Source: Pseudomonadota bacterium (lineage in GTDB: Bacteria > Bdellovibrionota > FAC87 > UBA2466). Taken from it: a stretch of 64,000 bases of DNA. Both the position numbers and the translations under genes were made by a program. Each line of letters begins with the position of its first letter. Within the stretch, counting starts at the first letter, position 1. Below are positions 59,132-64,000 of the stretch, in pieces. The stretch is from positions 3,409 to 67,408 of the forward strand of contig RFNO01000106.1 in NCBI GenBank assembly GCA_009927165.1, read 5' to 3'. The notes under the pieces were generated by a model. It saw only the letters and a list, made by a program, of their open reading frames with translations, made no database searches and had not been told where the DNA came from.

Positions 59132-60082
59132 ATGAATGCTCTTCAGGGAAAAAAAATCGCTCTTTTGGGCTACGGGAATCAGGGACGAGCTCAGGCCATG
59201 AATCTTCGAGATTCCGGAGTGCAAGTAGAAATCGGAGCTCGGCCTGGAAAGGGGTGGGATGCTGCCAGACAAGATGGCTTTTCCGTATCGACTTTTCGTG
59301 AAGCAGCGGAACGGGGGCAAGTTCTTATGTTTTTGCTTCCCGATCAAGTCATCCCCCTTGTTTATCAGGATCTTTCAGACCTCTTTCAAAATGGCCAGAG
59401 AGAAGTAGGGTTCTCTCATGGCTATGCTTATCACTTTGGGGGAATCACAAAATTTCCACAAGCAGGTTACTTTTTAGTGGGCCCTAAAGGTGCGGGCGCT
59501 ATTCTTAGGGAACACTATGAGAGCGGTTCAGGATTGCCTGGTGTCTTTGCTGTCGAATCTCCTAGAGAAGAAACCCGTTTAATTGGATTGGCTTATGCAA
59601 AGGCTGTTGGGGTAGGTACTCCCACTTTGCTAGAAACTACTTTTCAAGAAGAAACGGAATGTGATCTTTTCGGCGAGCAAGTGGTCTTGTGTGGAGGTAT
59701 TTTAGAGTTGATGGAAGCCGCTTTTGAAACTTTGGTCAAGAATGGTAACAGTAGGGAAATGGCTTTTTTTGAATGCTGTTTTGAAGCCAAAATGATTTTA
59801 GATTTGTGGATGAAAGTTGGGCCTGCGGAACTTTCCAAAAAAATCAGTCCCACTGCTTTTTATGGGGGGACAACAAGAGGCAAGCGATTGATTGACGCCA
59901 AGGTTCGAGAAAAAATGGATGAGGTTTTTCAGGAAATACGTCGAGGTGACTTTAGTCGAGAGTGGAAGTCGGAGGCAGACAACAACTTTCCAAAATTGAA
60001 ACAACGCTCTCAAGAACTCCAAGGAGCTGGGTTAGAACAAACTTTTCAGATTTTGAAAAACCAGCTACAAAAAAGCCACTAG
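59132..60082 (+). CDS. ilvC: ketol-acid reductoisomerase (class I)
   Basis: GKKIALLGYGNQGRAQAMNLRDSG Rossmann N-terminus; about 316 aa. Confidence 0.8.
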   Translation: MNALQGKKIALLGYGNQGRAQAMNLRDSGVQVEIGARPGKGWDAARQDGFSVSTFREAAERGQVLMFLLPDQVIPLVYQDLSDLFQNGQREVGFSHGYAYHFGGITKFPQAGYFLVGPKGAGAILREHYESGSGLPGVFAVESPREETRLIGLAYAKAVGVGTPTLLETTFQEETECDLFGEQVVLCGGILELMEAAFETLVKNGNSREMAFFECCFEAKMILDLWMKVGPAELSKKISPTAFYGGTTRGKRLIDAKVREKMDEVFQEIRRGDFSREWKSEADNNFPKLKQRSQELQGAGLEQTFQILKNQLQKSH

Positions 60083-60137
60083 GACTTGAGGGAAGACTCT
60101 TGCCGGTCGTTGGACCGACCGCTAAATTGGCTGCTGT

Positions 60138-60209
60138 GTCCCTGTAGTTAAATGGATATAACGGAGGATTCCTAATCCTCAATTACAGGTTCGATTCCTG
60201 TCGGGGGCA
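60138..60209 (+). tRNA. tRNA-Arg (anticodon CCT)
   Basis: Hand-folded cloverleaf: acceptor GTCCCTG/CGGGGGC, D-stem GTTA/TAAC, anticodon stem GAGGA/TCCTC with loop TTCCTAA, T-stem ACAGG/CCTGT with loop TTCGATT. Discriminator A; CCA not encoded. Confidence 0.75.
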
Positions 60210-60286
60210 TTTCTTTCCCATGACTCACATGAAAAAACCCTTGTGAAGTTCAGGAACAGCCTTTTTAATTAAGCCCGAGGTGATCT

Positions 60287-60949
60287 ATGAAAAAAGTAGC
60301 CGTTATTCTGTGCGGGAGTGGCTTTCGCGATGGAAGTGAAATCCGCGAAGCTGTTGGCGTTCTTTGGGCCCTCAGTCAAGAAAGAGCTCACGTTCAGTGC
60401 TTTGCTCCGGATGCTCTCCAAGCAGACGTGGTGAATTGTCTCACCGGAGAGACAATGTCTCATGAAAAAAGAAATATGTTGGTGGAATCCGCTCGAATTG
60501 CTCGCGGTGATGTAAAGCCCCTTCAAGATTTGGACGTTCAATCCTTTGACGCTTTAATGATTCCAGGGGGGTTTGGAGCCGCCAAAAATCTATGCAATTT
60601 TGCTTTTAAAGGCTCGCAGGGGAAAGTGGTACCAGATTTAGAAAAAGTTATTCACGGCTTTTACAAATCACAAAAGCCGATAGGAGCGGTTTGTATAGCT
60701 CCAGCAATTCTTGCCCTCGCGTTAAAAGGTTACTCAGTTTCTTTGACTGTTGGACAACCAGGAGAGACGTCTCAAGAAATTGAAAAACTAGGGCACAAAC
60801 ATCAAGCAACAAAAGTTACTGAGTGCTATGTGGATAGCCAAAACCGTCTGGTTACTACGGCTGCTTACATGGATAGTGTGGCTGCATTGAGTGATGTCTT
60901 TACGGGCATTCAGAAGTGTGTTCAGGAAGTCCTTAGGCTAACGAAATGA
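60287..60949 (+). CDS. elbB: DJ-1/PfpI-family protein (ElbB-type glyoxalase/amidotransferase-like)
   Basis: KVAVILCGSGFRDGSEIRE N-terminus typical of ElbB. Confidence 0.7.
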   Translation: MKKVAVILCGSGFRDGSEIREAVGVLWALSQERAHVQCFAPDALQADVVNCLTGETMSHEKRNMLVESARIARGDVKPLQDLDVQSFDALMIPGGFGAAKNLCNFAFKGSQGKVVPDLEKVIHGFYKSQKPIGAVCIAPAILALALKGYSVSLTVGQPGETSQEIEKLGHKHQATKVTECYVDSQNRLVTTAAYMDSVAALSDVFTGIQKCVQEVLRLTK

Positions 60950-61299
60950 ATATTGAATTGCTCCAGAAAAAAATCAGGGAATTCGTTCAAGAGCGTGATT
61001 GGGAAAAATACCACAATCCCAAAAACCTATCCATGGCGCTTGCCGGTGAAGCAGGAGAACTCCTAGAGATTTTCCAATGGCTGACTCCAGCTGAATCATC
61101 TGAAATAAAAAACAATCCCCAAGCGTATCAAAGGACCAAACACGAGATTGCTGATATCCTGGTTTACTTGCTGAGATTGTCAGACAAGTTGGAAATTGAC
61201 TTAGAACAAGCGGTTCTGGAAAAAATCAAATTAAATCAAGAGAAATACCCAACTCATCTCGCAAAAGGCAGTGCCAAGAAATACACCGATTTGAAATGA
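60946..61299 (+). CDS. MazG-like nucleotide pyrophosphohydrolase (small all-alpha NTP-PPase)
   Basis: EVGELLE-type ALAGEAGELLEIFQW motif; start overlaps the elbB stop. Confidence 0.65.
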   Translation: MNIELLQKKIREFVQERDWEKYHNPKNLSMALAGEAGELLEIFQWLTPAESSEIKNNPQAYQRTKHEIADILVYLLRLSDKLEIDLEQAVLEKIKLNQEKYPTHLAKGSAKKYTDLK

Positions 61300-61567
61300 T
61301 CCCCAGTGAAGTTCTTTTGTACATCACAATTTTCACAATCTGAGAAAATCATCTTTCATCAAGGGTTTGGCAGGCTAAAACTTCAAAAAAGTCCCTGTCA
61401 GAAATTTCATCAAAGCTAAAGCCTTAGGATAATACTTGAATTCAATGTGCTGGGTGGAACTGTAAAAAACTTCGTCACCTGTGTAGCCCGGAAACAGTCG
61501 TCAGATTTGTGGACACTTCTCTGAAAAAGTAACAGCTTTTCAATAGCTTAAAATTTTCTCACAAAAC

Positions 61568-61583
61568 TGGTCTTTTGCTTGCA
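61568..61583 (+). promoter_or_regulatory. candidate sigma54 (-24/-12) promoter TGGTCTTTTGCTTGCA
   Basis: TGG...TTGCA with the exact consensus spacing of TGGCACG-N4-TTGCA (perfect -12 TTGCA, GG at -24); about 90 nt upstream of the S1 protease ATG. Confidence 0.35.
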
Positions 61584-61674
61584 ATTCATTGCTTCAGATT
61601 CCATTCGCGAGTGGTAACGAACACGGGGAGCAGAGCCTCGCGAACCAGGGGTATAAGATAAACCGGGGGACGTT

Positions 61675-62460
61675 ATGAAGTACGTATTGTCGTGGGTGCG
61701 CTTGGCCGCATTCGCATTGGTGAGTTTGTCACTTATTTCCTGTCAACAATCAACTAGCCGATTAAGAAATATCGCTTTACCCGAATCTTCCGCTTACGGC
61801 GTTGATACTACCAGTGACTATCCAGGTGTAGTGCAAGTGCTTTCCCCTTCGGGAGCCCTGTGCACGGGTACTATCGTAAGCACGAGAGCAGTACTCACTG
61901 CAGCTCATTGCACGTTATCCTCGGGACGGTACTCTATTCGAGGAAGCGTGAATGCGAGCACAACCGTAAAGTACAATTACGGCCCAGGGATCGCTGATGA
62001 TCCAAACGATATTGCGATTCTAGTTTTCCCAAGCAATACTTTTCCAGCTGCTTATGTAATCGATATTGCAAGCTCAGTAGCTGCTGGCGAAGTTGCGCGA
62101 TTGGTAGGTTACGGATGCAATGACCTCGATACTCGAATGGGCGCTGGGGTTAAGCGAACAGGCACCAACGTAGTCGCAGACGTTAATGATTATGTAGAGT
62201 TCTATACTCCAGTTTCCAGCAGTGGAGTTCGCGGAATTTTAGGACCCCAAAACCGTGCGGCTTCTTGCTACGGAGATAGTGGTGGACCTGCTTTAAAAGA
62301 AGTAGACGGAAAATTGAAACTTGCAGCAGTCACTCATGCTGGAGGGGTTTATGAAGACACGATTGTTTCTCAGTACGTGGATATTTCAAATCGTTCGGAC
62401 AATAGAAACTTTATTTACCAGGTAAACAGAAACAACAACTTAGGAATCGCAGGGTTCTAA
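61675..62460 (+). CDS. secreted S1 (trypsin-like) serine protease, lipoprotein signal
   Basis: LISCQ lipobox, TAAHC, GDSGGP; paralog of the ORF at 4171-4908. Confidence 0.85.
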   Translation: MKYVLSWVRLAAFALVSLSLISCQQSTSRLRNIALPESSAYGVDTTSDYPGVVQVLSPSGALCTGTIVSTRAVLTAAHCTLSSGRYSIRGSVNASTTVKYNYGPGIADDPNDIAILVFPSNTFPAAYVIDIASSVAAGEVARLVGYGCNDLDTRMGAGVKRTGTNVVADVNDYVEFYTPVSSSGVRGILGPQNRAASCYGDSGGPALKEVDGKLKLAAVTHAGGVYEDTIVSQYVDISNRSDNRNFIYQVNRNNNLGIAGF

Positions 62461-62575
62461 TTTTCATAACGTGCCCTAGTTCAGGTCGCAGAGACCGTAA
62501 ACAACCCCGGAAACCTGAGCGGCTAGCTTCTCCCCAGCTGGCCGCTTTGGCTTTGAGATTGCTATCCCTTCTGGA

Positions 62576-63616
62576 GTGCTATTTCTTCGTTTTTTAGTTT
62601 TCCTGGTTTCTTGCTTTTTGGACGCGGGAGTCGCGGCTACCTTCCAAAATATTGCTCTGGGGAAGAACTTTTCCGAAACCCTTACTATTCCAGGGGTGAT
62701 AAGGATTGCTGTAGGAAACTCAAAAGTCCTCAGAGTCAAAGTTGTTTCTTCCTCCACATTGCTTTTGACGGGGATTTCCGTAGGAAAAACTTCTCTTCGG
62801 GTTTGGACCAGCGAAAATCAAGAGCAAGTATTCTTCGTCACTGTGACCTCCCCGGAATCTATTGTTCGAACGGATCTTAAGTCGCGGGGACAAGTAGCTC
62901 ATGTTTCTTTGGAGTTTTTGGAGCTAGACGAATCTGTGGGTAGAAACTCTGGCATTCAATGGCCAGAAACGTTGAGTTTCTCTGGTACAGGGCTACTCCA
63001 AGTACCCTCTAATTTCTCTGGGTTAAATTACTCAGCTTCCTTTTCAACGGCTCAAGGTTTTCTGCACTTTCTTGTCAAAGAGGGGTGGGCAAAATTGCTG
63101 ACGAGTCCTGACTTATATGTTCGCTTGGGAGAGCAAGCTGTGTTTCATTCGGGGGGTGAATTCCCAGTAGCTACCGGTGCTGATGCTTTTGGCCGATATC
63201 AACGAAAAATAGATTGGAAAAAATTTGGTTTGACGGCAAAGGTCAAGCCCGACAGTCCAGACGAAGAGCATTTTCAAACTGATATTCAGTTGGAAATATC
63301 GGAACTCGACCACTCTTATCAAATAGAAGGCATTCCTTCTCTAACCGTTCGAAACTTTTCAACCAAAATGGATTCAGTTGAAGGTGAAACAGTTATTTTG
63401 TCTGGATTAATCCGACAGACGTCGCAGTCCGAAGTGCAAAAAATTCCCTTACTGGGGGAAATTCCGATTCTCGGAAGCCTTCTGTTTAGCAAAAAAAGCG
63501 AGGGGCGAAAAGCTACTGAATTATTGATGGCAGTGACCATTGAAATGACCTCTCGGACTTTAGAGAAAGAATACTTTGAGGGATTTAAGGAAAGGTTTCA
63601 AAAAAAATATGATTGA
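62576..63616 (+). CDS. cpaC: Flp/Tad pilus secretin-like protein (CpaC/RcpA family)
   Basis: N-terminal pilus-formation domain and the C-terminal secretin signature IPLLGEIPILGSLF. Confidence 0.6.
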   Translation: MLFLRFLVFLVSCFLDAGVAATFQNIALGKNFSETLTIPGVIRIAVGNSKVLRVKVVSSSTLLLTGISVGKTSLRVWTSENQEQVFFVTVTSPESIVRTDLKSRGQVAHVSLEFLELDESVGRNSGIQWPETLSFSGTGLLQVPSNFSGLNYSASFSTAQGFLHFLVKEGWAKLLTSPDLYVRLGEQAVFHSGGEFPVATGADAFGRYQRKIDWKKFGLTAKVKPDSPDEEHFQTDIQLEISELDHSYQIEGIPSLTVRNFSTKMDSVEGETVILSGLIRQTSQSEVQKIPLLGEIPILGSLLFSKKSEGRKATELLMAVTIEMTSRTLEKEYFEGFKERFQKKYD

Positions 63617-64000
63617 AAATATTGAACAACAACTGATGGGTCCTGCTCAAAAGCTTTTAACCCTGCTTCGGGACGATGACATAACAGATATTTTAATCAA
63701 CGGCGTTCATGGATGTTTTATTGAAAAAAAGGGATTTCTCATGGGACATCCCAATCCTTTTGATACCCCTCAAGCCTTATTTCACTTTATTGAACGAGTG
63801 GTGATTCCGACTGGAAAACGCATCGATGCCGCTGCTCCCTTTTTGGACGGACGTCTTCTTGATGGAAGCCGATTCAATATCGTGATGCCGCCTTTAGCAC
63901 TTGAAGGACCTCTAGTGAGTATTCGGAAAAAGCGGCTAGGGAAGTCCGTAGGTCCCGAGGTTTTCGGATCTCCCGAGCAAGTCGAATGGCTTCGTGGCCA
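63609..64000 (+). CDS. cpaF: Tad/type II-IV secretion ATPase (CpaF/TadA), N-terminal part; continues past the window end
   Basis: DILINGV...FIEKKG block typical of the N-terminal domain of CpaF/VirB11-like ATPases; ATG overlaps the cpaC stop. Confidence 0.7.
   Translation, partial: MIENIEQQLMGPAQKLLTLLRDDDITDILINGVHGCFIEKKGFLMGHPNPFDTPQALFHFIERVVIPTGKRIDAAAPFLDGRLLDGSRFNIVMPPLALEGPLVSIRKKRLGKSVGPEVFGSPEQVEWLRG

Noticed and set aside
59952-60182. Two 60-76-aa ORFs spanning the ilvC stop and the tRNA
   Set aside because: They overlap a well-folded tRNA-Arg and the ilvC 3' end, so they are spurious.
60946-61299. MazG-like ORF as a toxin-antitoxin component
   Set aside because: It is a MazG-type NTP pyrophosphohydrolase (EVGELLE-type helix), not a MazF/PemK toxin. 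No antitoxin-sized partner is present, and it overlaps elbB as an ordinary operon.
1-64000. Mobile elements, prophage, CRISPR arrays, restriction-modification or other defence cassettes
   Set aside because: No transposase, integrase, RT, Cas, phage structural or methyltransferase/nuclease pair was found. The only long repeats are the short direct and inverted repeats listed, and the only strong compositional deviation is the 5095-5375 GC-rich block.

Overview
This 64 kb window looks like ordinary chromosomal (core) DNA. Genes are densely packed on both strands, and I find no transposases, integrases, phage genes or CRISPR arrays. I called about 60 protein genes, one tRNA-Arg(CCT), two clear bidirectional intrinsic terminators, and one unclassified GC-rich structured RNA region.

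Housekeeping genes recognised from motifs: metH (5' part, runs off the window start), prfC, msrB, adenine deaminase, plsC-like acyltransferase, MscS, hldD-like epimerase, Fcy1-type cytosine deaminase, prmA, a thiBPQ-like ABC transporter, lpxC, galU, priA, lgt, a DksA-family protein, a GT4 glycosyltransferase with a WbaP-like sugar-phosphate transferase, an HU/IHF protein, uvrB, ilvC, an ElbB/DJ-1 protein, a MazG-like NTP pyrophosphohydrolase, and the start of a Tad/Flp pilus locus (CpaC-like secretin plus the N-terminus of a CpaF/TadA-type ATPase).

The window also carries an unusually large set of signal-peptide-bearing hydrolases: two paralogous S1 trypsin-like lipoproteins, two S8 subtilisins, a C1 papain-like cysteine protease, an S46 dipeptidyl-peptidase, a HExxH metalloprotease candidate, a PLD-family protein, and a choloylglycine-hydrolase-family Ntn hydrolase. 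Many unannotatable outer-membrane proteins and lipoproteins sit among them. Taken together this is compatible with a Bdellovibrio-like predatory bacterium (genome roughly 45% GC), but that is only an inference.

The signals I would look at first:
1. A ~280 nt block of roughly 60% GC with no ORF (5095-5375). It is preceded by a strongly SD-driven 6-codon mini-ORF, ends in an intrinsic terminator, and sits directly upstream of a thioredoxin-like/msrB pair. I could not assign it to any RNA family.
2. A tandem pair of paralogous Ala/Gln-rich secreted proteins with a 12-bp direct repeat in the intervening promoter region.
3. An 11-C homopolymer inside the adenine deaminase CDS, with a G7 tract just upstream of the same gene.
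4. A near-consensus sigma54 -24/-12 element upstream of the second S1 protease, in a window that also holds an orphan NtrC-family activator.

All calls come from reading the translations and sequence by eye. No database searches were run.
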